NCBI GenBank assembly: GCA_963745235.1
Contig: CAVUXE010000053.1
Coordinates: 160,001 to 224,000, forward strand
Length of the DNA: 64,000 nt
DNA from: an uncultured Spirochaetota bacterium
GTDB taxonomy: Bacteria; Spirochaetota; Spirochaetia; SZUA-6; Fen-1364
Direction of reading: 5' to 3'
The first letter of the stretch is position 1; each line of letters opens with the position of its first letter. The position numbers and the translations under genes were made by a program. Below, in pieces: positions 20,088 through 28,887 of this stretch. Under the pieces are notes generated by a model. The model was not told the origin of the DNA and searched no databases. It saw only the letters and a list, made by a program, of their open reading frames with translations.

Positions 20088-20975
20088 ATGGGGAAAGAAC
20101 AAGAGTTGTTCCGAGACCAGGAAAGGCTCCTCGCTGAGCTCGCGGGAATACGCGATAGGTACAGACTTGACGTGAAACAATTCATCGAGTTCGTGAAGAG
20201 CAGGAAATTCTTTATCGTGGACGGGCTCGAACAGTATGCGAAATGGCTGGATGACGGGGGCAACGGCAGAAGGTACTCTCCTGCGACTATTAATAGAAAG
20301 ATTGCAGCCGCGAAAAACCGAATCCGCTATGCATTTCGTCACAGCGAGTATGCCGCAGACTTGCAAAAAAGATATCAGCTGGAGGATGTGCTGAAATCAG
20401 TGCGACTGAAGAAGATTGATTCCTTTCCGGTTCCACAAGAAAAGCTGCTGAATATGGACGAAGCCCGACTGCTCGTCGAGCGAACGAAAGACGGCACCAT
20501 CAGATTGATGGCCATGTTTCTTGTCGGCACGGGAGTCAGAGTTTCGGAAATGCTGGGAATACGACTTTCAGATATCAAAGATGGGAAAGGCGCGTTCGCT
20601 GAGGTGAGAGTGGTCGGAAAGGGCGCGAGGGAGAGGAAGATCCACGTCAAGAAGGAGCTTATCGGGCACATCAAGAAGCGCTTTCACAGCACGACCCTGC
20701 TTTTCGAGCATCAGGGCAAACCCTTTAGTCGGATATCCGTCACCAATCGCATCAAGCACGAAGCTCTTCGGACGATCGGACGCGAGGTGACCGCGCAGCA
20801 GCTCAGGCACACCTGGGCGGCAATCCAAATTCAGCGGGGGAAAGAGATCCAGGCCGTTGCGGCTGTGCTGGGACATGCGGATCCGGGTGTCACCGCGCGT
20901 ATGTATGCCCGTACCGTGCTTGAGCCGAAGGAGGCCTTCCTGGATCTTTTCGAGAAAAATCGCGCAAAGCCTTGA
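20088..20975 (+). CDS. Tyrosine recombinase (XerC/integrase-like)
   Basis: SPATINRKIAA, TGVRVSE (R), VGKGARER (K), QQLRHT, LGHAD, RMY (Tyr). Confidence 0.9.
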   Translation: MGKEQELFRDQERLLAELAGIRDRYRLDVKQFIEFVKSRKFFIVDGLEQYAKWLDDGGNGRRYSPATINRKIAAAKNRIRYAFRHSEYAADLQKRYQLEDVLKSVRLKKIDSFPVPQEKLLNMDEARLLVERTKDGTIRLMAMFLVGTGVRVSEMLGIRLSDIKDGKGAFAEVRVVGKGARERKIHVKKELIGHIKKRFHSTTLLFEHQGKPFSRISVTNRIKHEALRTIGREVTAQQLRHTWAAIQIQRGKEIQAVAAVLGHADPGVTARMYARTVLEPKEAFLDLFEKNRAKP

Positions 20976-21080
20976 TCGGGAAAGGAGTTTATTGTTCGCG
21001 GGAGTTGAAAACGGTGACGGCACCCGCCGTCGCCAATGGTCCGTGTCTAGCGCCCATGAAACGGGCAAAAAGGGGATCTC

Positions 21081-21959
21081 ATGTACTACTGGATTTTTAC
21101 TGCGATTGCGATTGTTCTCATTATCTTTCTTTCCGGAGTGAGGGTGGTACGGCCGACAAGCAGGGGGCTCGTGGAACGGCTGGGGAAATACCGTCGCTTT
21201 GCCAACCCGGGGTTCAACTGGATAGCCCCCGTTATCGATCGACTCTTCAAAATCAACATCACTGAGGTCATGGTGAATGCGCAGCCGCAGGAGATCATTA
21301 CCAGCGACAAATTGAACGCCAGCGTTGACGCGCAGGTTTATTTCAAGGTGAAAAGCGACGAAGAAAACGTAAAGAACTCTCAATACGCGGTCAACGACTA
21401 CAAGTACCAGATTGTCAATCTTGCAAGAACCACTTTGCGAAACATCATAGGCACAATGACCCTCAAGTCTGCCAACAGCGAGCGGGGGTCGATCAACAGC
21501 GAGCTCCAGAAGACCCTGCGCAGTGAAACGGGGCACTGGGGAATCGACATCGTGAGGACAGAACTGAAAGAGATCGATCCGCCTGAAGACGTCCAGGCAA
21601 CGATGAACAAGGTCGTGAAGGCGGAAAACGAAAAGGTAGCTGCAATCGATTTTGCCACGGCCACGGAGACCATGGCGGACGGCGCGCGGCGCGCTGAGAT
21701 AAAAAAAGCCGAAGGCATTCGGCAGGCGAAAATTCTCGAAGCTGAAGGTGAGGCGCAAGCCATAAAGCTGGTCAACGAGGCCGCTGACAAGTACTTCGTT
21801 GGGAACGCTCAACTGTTGAGACGACTCATAGCTGTGGAGGCGGCACTGTCCAGCAATGCCAAGATCGTGGTTCCGTCGAATACGGAGCTGGTGAACGTCA
21901 TCGGAGAAATGGCGGGAATCCTGCCCTGGAGCAAGGCTCCAGCTCCGGTCAAGCCGTAG
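21081..21959 (+). CDS. SPFH/band 7 (stomatin-like) membrane protein
   Basis: N-terminal TM, GLVERLGKY, QEIITSD, RTTLRNIIG, ILEAEGEAQAI. Confidence 0.9.
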   Translation: MYYWIFTAIAIVLIIFLSGVRVVRPTSRGLVERLGKYRRFANPGFNWIAPVIDRLFKINITEVMVNAQPQEIITSDKLNASVDAQVYFKVKSDEENVKNSQYAVNDYKYQIVNLARTTLRNIIGTMTLKSANSERGSINSELQKTLRSETGHWGIDIVRTELKEIDPPEDVQATMNKVVKAENEKVAAIDFATATETMADGARRAEIKKAEGIRQAKILEAEGEAQAIKLVNEAADKYFVGNAQLLRRLIAVEAALSSNAKIVVPSNTELVNVIGEMAGILPWSKAPAPVKP

Positions 21960-22034
21960 GGAGTCGCGCTTCTGGTCGATTGTCCGGTTCAGACTCAGAA
22001 TGCCGCCGAAAAGAAGCCGGCAAGGAGTAGCAGC

Positions 22035-22694
22035 ATGAAAAGATTGATGATGTGCGCGGGGATCTTTCTTATCGCGTCCATTGTATTCGCAGAGAGCGCG
22101 CCTGGTGGACCTCTTATCGGGCTGGCCAAGGCCGGAAGCCCGGAGCAAATCATGAAGGCCGTCAAAGAGGGAGCGGACGTCGCGGAAAGGGACGCAACCG
22201 GCGCAACTCCTCTGATGTCTGCCGCGCGGGAAAATCCGAATCCCGAGGTGATAAAAGTCCTTATCGCGGCGGGCGCAAAAATCGAGGACAGGGACGCCCT
22301 GGGATTCACGCCGTTGATGTGGGCCTCGGCAAGCAACCCGAACCAACAAATGGTGAAGACTTTGCTTGCGGCAGGCGCGAATGTCTCGGCCAAGAGCAGA
22401 GACGGCCAAACATCGCTGATCCTGAGCGCAAATAGCAACTCGAACGCTGAGGTTCTGCGGCTGTTGCTGGCCGCCGGAGCGAGCGCGAATGATGCGGACA
22501 GCTCCGGTATGACGGCGCTGATGTGGGCAGCGAAGGAGAACCCAAATCCCAAGATTGTCACCCTTCTGCTGGGCGCCGGGGCCAGTGGGAAGACGGTGAA
22601 TTTCAACGGGAAAACCGCCTTCGATTATGCGGGCGACAATGGAAAGTTGAAGGGGACTTCGGCGTACTGGGCTCTGAACAACGCGGGCTACTGA
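22035..22694 (+). CDS. Secreted ankyrin-repeat protein
   Basis: Signal peptide; repeated G-x-T-P/A-L-M..NPN..LL-AAGA units. Confidence 0.88.
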   Translation: MKRLMMCAGIFLIASIVFAESAPGGPLIGLAKAGSPEQIMKAVKEGADVAERDATGATPLMSAARENPNPEVIKVLIAAGAKIEDRDALGFTPLMWASASNPNQQMVKTLLAAGANVSAKSRDGQTSLILSANSNSNAEVLRLLLAAGASANDADSSGMTALMWAAKENPNPKIVTLLLGAGASGKTVNFNGKTAFDYAGDNGKLKGTSAYWALNNAGY

Positions 22695-22960
22695 TGATCT
22701 CCATCGAAAGCCCGGAGACTGGACGGCACTGTGAACGAACAGCCGCTGCCCAGCCGGCGCGAACGCATTCACCATGTATGGGTCCTCACGTGTTCATTTG
22801 GGACGAGTTGGCGGCAGCCGAGAAGAAACCGCCAGAAGGACTGAGCTGTAATTGCGGAATGTTCGAGGTGCACTACTCGATCTGTGATTGCGGGTGTAGC
22901 AGGGAGTCAATGTCCATTTGTTTCAAGCACGGGCGAAGTGGGGGGCCCAATGGAAAGTGA
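22694..22960 (+). CDS. Small Cys-rich hypothetical protein
   Basis: ATG overlaps the ankyrin stop; CNCG and CDCGC motifs. Confidence 0.45.
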   Translation: MISIESPETGRHCERTAAAQPARTHSPCMGPHVFIWDELAAAEKKPPEGLSCNCGMFEVHYSICDCGCSRESMSICFKHGRSGGPNGK

Positions 22961-23071
22961 TCTTCGTCGATCCGGCCCCATGGAAAAGTGGCACATACGG
23001 AATCTCATCGCGTGGAATGCAACTACCGTGGAAAACCTTTCTGCGGTCTCTGGGAATCGAGGAGGCCTCGC

Positions 23072-23425
23072 ATGACAGATCTCAGCTACAACGAGACGGA
23101 CTTTTGGCTCCACACGGTGCAACTCGCAAGGCGCGGACTCTTTCCTGTTGGTTCCATGAAAGCCATCGGTGGTCCGCACACACACGGTGGAAAGCCATGG
23201 AGATATGTCGAATGCGCTTTCCATGAGGATCGAGGGCGCCACCTTGTCAGGTTCGCCGGTGCAGACACATGGAACGGCGTGCATTTCGAGATTGACGACA
23301 ATCCGGAGCTGCGTTTTCCAGTCTTGAATCAAGAGGACACGACGGCCCGGGCCAGGCGCTGGCTAAGGTACGCCGTGAGAAGGACAGGCGACCGCTTCAA
23401 AGACCTCTTGATGCGGCAAGGTTAG
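23072..23425 (+). CDS. Hypothetical protein
   Basis: GGAGG RBS before ATG 23072; no recognised family. Confidence 0.55.
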   Translation: MTDLSYNETDFWLHTVQLARRGLFPVGSMKAIGGPHTHGGKPWRYVECAFHEDRGRHLVRFAGADTWNGVHFEIDDNPELRFPVLNQEDTTARARRWLRYAVRRTGDRFKDLLMRQG

Positions 23426-23443
23426 GAGGAGCGAGGGACGGAC

Positions 23444-23734
23444 ATGGGCGTCGAATACAAGGAGCATAATGGGGTCGTCGAGGTCCCGCTCTGGGACTTC
23501 TTGAGACTGGCGGCTGTCCTGAAGGTATGGGTACACGATTATAGCTCTTATCCGGAGGAGCACACTCAAGAAAGCGTTTCTTCGACCGCCGAAGAGGAAA
23601 TGAAACTTGTTCTCGATCGGGTAGAGGCATGGGCTACGAAACATGCAGCGAAGGATCCAGGAATGCTGAAACTCTGGCAGCGTGGCTGGGGGGTCTCCGA
23701 CGGCAGAACTGATGAACTGACAAAATCGACTTGA
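23444..23734 (+). CDS. Hypothetical protein
   Basis: AGGAGGAG RBS; helical, Trp-rich; no recognised family. Confidence 0.6.
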   Translation: MGVEYKEHNGVVEVPLWDFLRLAAVLKVWVHDYSSYPEEHTQESVSSTAEEEMKLVLDRVEAWATKHAAKDPGMLKLWQRGWGVSDGRTDELTKST

Positions 23735-23835
23735 ATTGCAGACGACGGTCTGCGCCATCTGCGTCAGCAAGGCGAGGGCGTAGCGAGCAACAGGGCTGCA
23801 GAGCTCCGCCGCGGTTGAACTCCCGTTTCAGCGCA
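23734..23835 (-). pseudogene. Fragment of a Crp/Fnr family regulator gene
   Basis: With two indels reads ALKREFNRGGALQxLLxRYALALLTQMAQTVVCN, resembling the EFNR..LLLRYTQALITQMAQTAVCN segment of a common Crp/Fnr subfamily. Confidence 0.6.
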
Positions 23836-23990
23836 TGCCAGGGCTTCGCTGCCGGCGGGCAGCTTTCAATTGGCGGAAGGCGCTCTCGCGACCCTACGCA
23901 TCCATTGAGATGGTCCTTCGAAGTCTCGCAAGCGTGCAAGAAGAGCATCACCATTCCGTTGGATCTACTGCATCAAGGCTGAATGGAGAT

Positions 23991-24101
23991 ATGACCCGTT
24001 TGATCAGAACCCTCCTGAAAGCTGGTGCAGACGTCAACGCGCAGAGCAAGGAGGGTCATACCGCACTGATGGTTGGCGCCTGGCACAACCCATTCTCCTG
24101 A
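23991..24101 (+). pseudogene. Single ankyrin-repeat remnant
   Basis: LIRTLLKAGADVNAQSKEGHTALMVGAWHNP then stop. Confidence 0.6.
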
Positions 24102-24335
24102 TAACCCGAGCCCGGATGGAATCATCAATAAGGTGGTCAAGGGCGTCACAATCTACCCTTGGGGTTGATGCCAGTCGTCCCACTCTGCCCAGGGGCCGTG
24201 GAGAGCGCATTGAAACCGACGCCAGGGAAGGGGTAGATTTCGCTGAACGGTTCGTGGTGGAGCTTCGCGGGACCCGGGGAGCGCGACTCGAGCGCGTGAC
24301 AAAGGGTGCAAGACTATCAAGCTGGAGCAAAGAAG

Positions 24336-25156
24336 ATGGAAAGCAAAGGGACAATTATCGGAATCGTAGGAAGCCCGAATCGGGACGGGCGGACGAACCA
24401 GCTGGTAGCTGCCGCTCTTCAAGGTGCAGCTCAAGCAGGTGCCAGTACAGAACTGATTCAAATGGCAGACAACGTAGTGTCGGCTTGCAAGGATTGCCTT
24501 CCCTGGGTCTGCGCAGCGGCAAAGAAGTGCAGCTATGAGGACCCCGCCTTCGAGCTTCTGAGCCGGAAGCTGCTTTCCTGCGGCGCCTTGATTTTCGGAA
24601 CCCCGATCTATTGGTGGGACACGAGCGGAATGGTGCGCTACTTCTTTCTGAAGACATTCCGGGTCTTCGCGCGTTCGGCGCCCCTTCAAGGGCTTCCGGC
24701 GTTCGGGATTGGTGTCGCGGGAGGCACCGGGCAATGGGCTGGTGAGCGGGCTGCGCCCCTTGTACCAGTTCTTCCAGGTCATGCAGATGAGGGCATTGGA
24801 ACCGCTCCCGGTCACCCGGTTCAACTTTGATGAAAGCATCGAGAGAGCGCGCCAGCTCGGGGGCGAGCTGGCCGGGAATGGCTGAGAAGCACACGCCCTT
24901 TGCCAGCGTCGAAGAGCGACTCCTTTGGTATGATAATCTTCCCTACTTGAATCTCAGCCGTCTTGAGGAGAGGAGGCTGCTGGCTGACCTGGCGGTGACG
25001 CGTCTCAAAAACGGCGACGGCGCGGAACTGGCTTTGAATCTCGCGGTATCGGACAGACTGGTTGCGGCACGGCGAACCGAGCAAGCGGCCGCCGGGGTTA
25101 CAAAGGTCTATGAGGCGGCTGTAAGGTCATTCGAGAAGCAGGACGGCCAGCCGTAG
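24336..25156 (+). CDS. Flavodoxin-like (iron-sulfur flavoprotein / FMN reductase) protein; frameshifts at ~24731 and ~24876
   Basis: IVGSPNRDGRT, CKDCLPWVC..C, FGTPIYWW, GGTGNG; continuous after removing one G from each of two G runs. Confidence 0.75.
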
Positions 25157-25214
25157 TCAAACCACTCGGATCAGAACGGCGGCTTTCAACGCCGGTCAGG
25201 AGAACTTCAAACCC

Positions 25215-26249
25215 ATGAAGAGGACAAGATTTGGTCGAACAGGGCTGGAGGTGTCCCGGATCGCTTTTGGCGGCATTCCCATCCAGAGACTTTCACGACG
25301 TGAAGGGACCCGGCTGGTCTCTGAAGCGCTGGACGAAGGGATAAACTTCATCGACACCGCCCATGGCTACGGCCACAGCGAAGAGCTCATTGGCGAAGCG
25401 CTGTTGGGGAGAGCTCGGAAAGACGTTGTTCTCGCGTCAAAGTCGCCGTCCGTCGACAAGGCTGGTTTTCTCTCTGATCTCGAGGAGAGTCTCAGGCGAC
25501 TCAAGACAGACTACATCGACATATTCCAGCATCATAACATCAGCTCGAAGGACAGGATGGACAGGGCGCTGGGACCCGGCGGCGCGTTCGAAGGGATGAG
25601 GGAGGCGGTTCAGCAGGGCAAGGTCCGGTTCCCCGGCTTCAGCTCGCACATTCTCGCAGTCGCCGGTGCAATGATCAGGACGGGCCATTTCGACGTCATT
25701 CAGATTCCGCTCAATTTTGTCGACTGCCAGGCGATGGATGAGGTCATCCCCCTGGCAAGGGAGCGGCAGATGGGGATTATTGCCATGAAGCCCCTCGGCG
25801 GCGGCTTGCTTGGTGACGCCCGGCTGTGCTTCCGCTATCTTTCCCAGTTCCGCGACATCGTTCCCGATCCCGGCATCGAGCGGATAGAAGAGCTTCGCCA
25901 GATTCTGGGCGTCATGGAAGTCGAGGGACAACTCATGGAGGAAGAAAGCAGAGCGATCGAGGAATGCAGACGTTCCCAGGGGAAGACGTGGTGTCATCGC
26001 TGCGACTACTGCCAGCCTTGCCCCGAAGGCATACCTATCAGCATGGTGCTCGCCGCAAAAAGCTTCGCGCGCCGGATGCCATTTGAAGCCGCTGTCTCAT
26101 TCGTTGGCGAGCCGTTCAAGAAGGCAGAGAGCTGCACCGAATGCCGGACATGCGTCGAGCGCTGTCCGTACGGGTTGGAGATCCCTTTGCTCTTGAAGAA
26201 CCAGCGGGAGTACTGGGGCCGTTTCTTGCGCGATCGGATATGGACTTAG
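25215..26249 (+). CDS. Aldo/keto reductase with C-terminal 4Fe-4S domain
   Basis: FGGIPIQR, FIDTAHGY, AMKPLGGG, CHRCDYCQPCP, CTECRTCVERCPY. Confidence 0.92.
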   Translation: MKRTRFGRTGLEVSRIAFGGIPIQRLSRREGTRLVSEALDEGINFIDTAHGYGHSEELIGEALLGRARKDVVLASKSPSVDKAGFLSDLEESLRRLKTDYIDIFQHHNISSKDRMDRALGPGGAFEGMREAVQQGKVRFPGFSSHILAVAGAMIRTGHFDVIQIPLNFVDCQAMDEVIPLARERQMGIIAMKPLGGGLLGDARLCFRYLSQFRDIVPDPGIERIEELRQILGVMEVEGQLMEEESRAIEECRRSQGKTWCHRCDYCQPCPEGIPISMVLAAKSFARRMPFEAAVSFVGEPFKKAESCTECRTCVERCPYGLEIPLLLKNQREYWGRFLRDRIWT

Positions 26250-26298
26250 TGCAGGTGTCCCGCGCGGGGCACATCCCGCAGAGGCACGTCCCGCGCAA

Positions 26299-27144
26299 TC
26301 ACGTCTCCCCATCCCCGCCAAACTGGCGGATAGTGGTGGTGAATGCCCGTTCCGCGACCTCTCGGAGCGGCATTGACAAGAGAGCCTCCCCGATGACTTC
26401 GACACCCCAGGGACCATGGTAGCCGCTTTCCCGCACACGACTGATGAACCCCGCTATATCGAAATCCCCTGCGCCGCAGAACATTCTCGGGTTTGCCGTG
26501 TCCTCTCGTATTCTGGCCCCATCCATTGCAGCATCGTTGAGCTCGACACCCATCAAGTAGCAGGAAGGGATTCGTCTCACTTCCTCGGTTGGCATGGCGC
26601 AGTCCACGACCTGCCAGATATCGAGAATGATACCCCCGTTTTTTGCCCCGGCAGCCGAGACCATTCGTAAAGAGTCATACAGGGTGTCAAGAACTGCCAC
26701 TCCCATGGGCTCGAAGGCGATTGAGGTCCCATGGTTCGCAGCCTCGGCGCAGAGCGTTGCGAAAGAATCGACAAGGCGATCAAAGTCGCATTTCTCCCTC
26801 GTGAAGTCGCCGACCTTCACGTGCTTTGCCTGCAGGACCTCTGCGGCGTTGAGCAGCATCTTCTTGCGCGCATCGGAACGCCTTCTTCTCTCCCCGTCGA
26901 GAAACCAATCGGTGAGAAACTCGAGCTCAACGTACTTCATCCCATTGTCGTCGAGAATCCGCTTCATCTCCGACAGTGTTCTGAGCTCAAGAATGTGATC
27001 CAGATCCGCATGCCATATGCCTATCCCTTTGAATCCTGCCCCTGCCGCGGCCTGCACGCGGTCCCGGAAGTCGAAACGGCTGTACTCCTGCTGACTGTTC
27101 GGGAGGGTTCCCGCGATTGTCCAATACGAGGCGATCAACTCCAC
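26299..27144 (-). CDS. Sugar phosphate isomerase/epimerase (xylose-isomerase-like TIM barrel)
   Basis: AGFKGIG, AFEPM, ILDIWQ, VELND, GPWGVEV; GTG start with GGAG. Confidence 0.8.
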   Translation of the reverse strand: MELIASYWTIAGTLPNSQQEYSRFDFRDRVQAAAGAGFKGIGIWHADLDHILELRTLSEMKRILDDNGMKYVELEFLTDWFLDGERRRRSDARKKMLLNAAEVLQAKHVKVGDFTREKCDFDRLVDSFATLCAEAANHGTSIAFEPMGVAVLDTLYDSLRMVSAAGAKNGGIILDIWQVVDCAMPTEEVRRIPSCYLMGVELNDAAMDGARIREDTANPRMFCGAGDFDIAGFISRVRESGYHGPWGVEVIGEALLSMPLREVAERAFTTTIRQFGGDGET

Positions 27145-27315
27145 CGAAGTCTCCACGCGACACAGTATAGGCGCTGGCTGCGGCACGCGGAAGGGCACAT
27201 ATTTGTAGTATTGCATTGTTCAAAAGAACATTTATGTTTGAAAACAAGCAAATTATCCAAGTGGAGATATCCTTAACTTATTCTCTCGGAATGAGTTAGC
27301 GTCCTTCATTCTCCT

Positions 27316-27331
27316 TGGCATGAGTATTGCT
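27316..27331 (+). promoter_or_regulatory. sigma54 (-24/-12) promoter
   Basis: TGGCATGAGTATTGCT matches TGGCAYG-N4-TTGCW; upstream AT-rich region carries TGTTC-AAAA-GAACA (27217-27230). Confidence 0.7.
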
Positions 27332-27343
27332 CAAGTCACATGC

Positions 27344-28887
27344 ATGGTCGGCCAACCCCCTGCCGGGACAATCCTCCTGGAAACCAGGGGCCTTTCCAAG
27401 TACTTCGGAAGCCTCAAGGCAAATGACGGCATCGGCCTGGTGGTCCGAGCCGGCGAGATACACGCGATCCTGGGGGAGAACGGCGCAGGGAAGAGCACGC
27501 TGATGAAGCTCCTCTACGGCTACTACCAGCCGACCGACGGAGAAATCCTGGTCGGAGGCGCGCCGGTGGCCGTCCATTCCCCCCGGCGGGGCCGGGCGCT
27601 GGGCATAGGCATGGTCTTCCAGAACTTTACCTTGATACCTGCCTTTCGGGTCTGGGAAAACGTGGCACTCTTTCTCGAGAGCCTGGGGGACCGACCGGAG
27701 GAATCTCGTCGACCGGATCGCCAGTCTGTCGCAACTCTACGGGTTGGACGTCGACCCCCTGGCTTTTGTCCGGGACCTCCCCATGGGGGATCGGCAAAAG
27801 GTCGAGATCGTGAAGATCCTGGCGGCCGGGGCCCGGATCCTTATTTTCGACGAACCCACGAGCGTCCTGGCGCCCCACGAGACTGAGAACCTGTTTCGGG
27901 TGTTCGACCGTCTGCGGACCGAGGGCTACGCCGTGCTCTTCATCACGCACAAGATGCCCGAGGTCCTTCGGTCCGCGGACCGAATCACGGTCCTCACGGA
28001 AGGGCCGGATCTCGGCCACCCTTCCACGGGCGGACGCCGACCGGAACCTGCTGGTCAAGCTCCTCGTTGGGGACCAGAGCCCGGATTGGTCCGATGCCGG
28101 CCCCCGGCGTCGCAGCTCCGTCCGTGCCGGCGCCCCTGCGCTCGAGTTCGTCAATGTCTCATGCCGGACCGATGACGGCAGGCCGGGTCTCCAGAGGGTC
28201 TCGCTTTCGATCCAGCCCGGGGAGATCCTCGGGGTAGCGGCCGTCTCGGGGAACGGACAGGAGTACCTGGGCGACCTTGTTCTGGGTCTCCGGCCCGCCG
28301 CCGAGGGTTCGATTCTCCTCGGCGGGAAGGACCTGGCCTCCGCGCGCCCCGCGGAGGTCTTGCGCCGGGGCGTTGCCTGCCTTCCAGAGGATCCCCTCCG
28401 GATGGGCGCCGTCAGCGGGATGACAGTCAGAGAGAACCTCATCCTCGGGCACCAGGTTTCCTATTGGAAGGCCGGGGGCTGGAGCCCCGACACGAAGAAG
28501 CTGGAGACGGACGCGGAATCCACGCTCATGACGGCCTTCGTCCAGTCGCCGCCCTCCCTGGACGCCAGGGCAGGGAACCTCTCTGGAGGAAACCTGCAGC
28601 GGATGGTGATTGCCCGAGAGCTCGGGCGCGATCCCGGCCTTATGGTCTCCTACTACCTGACCCGGGGCCTCGACCTCTCCAACGCCCAGGCGGCCCGGGA
28701 CCTCGTCCTCTCCCACGCAGAGAGAAGCATGGCGGTGCTCTTCGTTTCTGAGGACTTAGACGAGCTCTTCGCGCTGAGCGACCGCTTGCTGGTCCTCCAC
28801 GCGGGCCGCGTCGCCGGGACCTTCGAGCCGGCCCTGACCACCCCTCAGGCGGTAGGCCTGCTGATGACCGGGGCCGCCCATGCCTGA
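27344..28887 (+). CDS. ABC transporter ATP-binding protein (nucleoside/purine CUT2 type); frameshifts at ~27690 and ~27997
   Basis: GENGAGKST, FDEPTSVL, ITHK, VSGNGQ, LSGGNLQR, VSEDLDEL across three frames. Confidence 0.85.

Noticed and set aside
14198-27200. Classical integron or prophage
   Set aside because: I could not find repeated attC (RYYYAAC..GTTRRRY) sites. The recombinase lacks the IntI-specific insertion, gene orientations are mixed, and there are no phage structural genes
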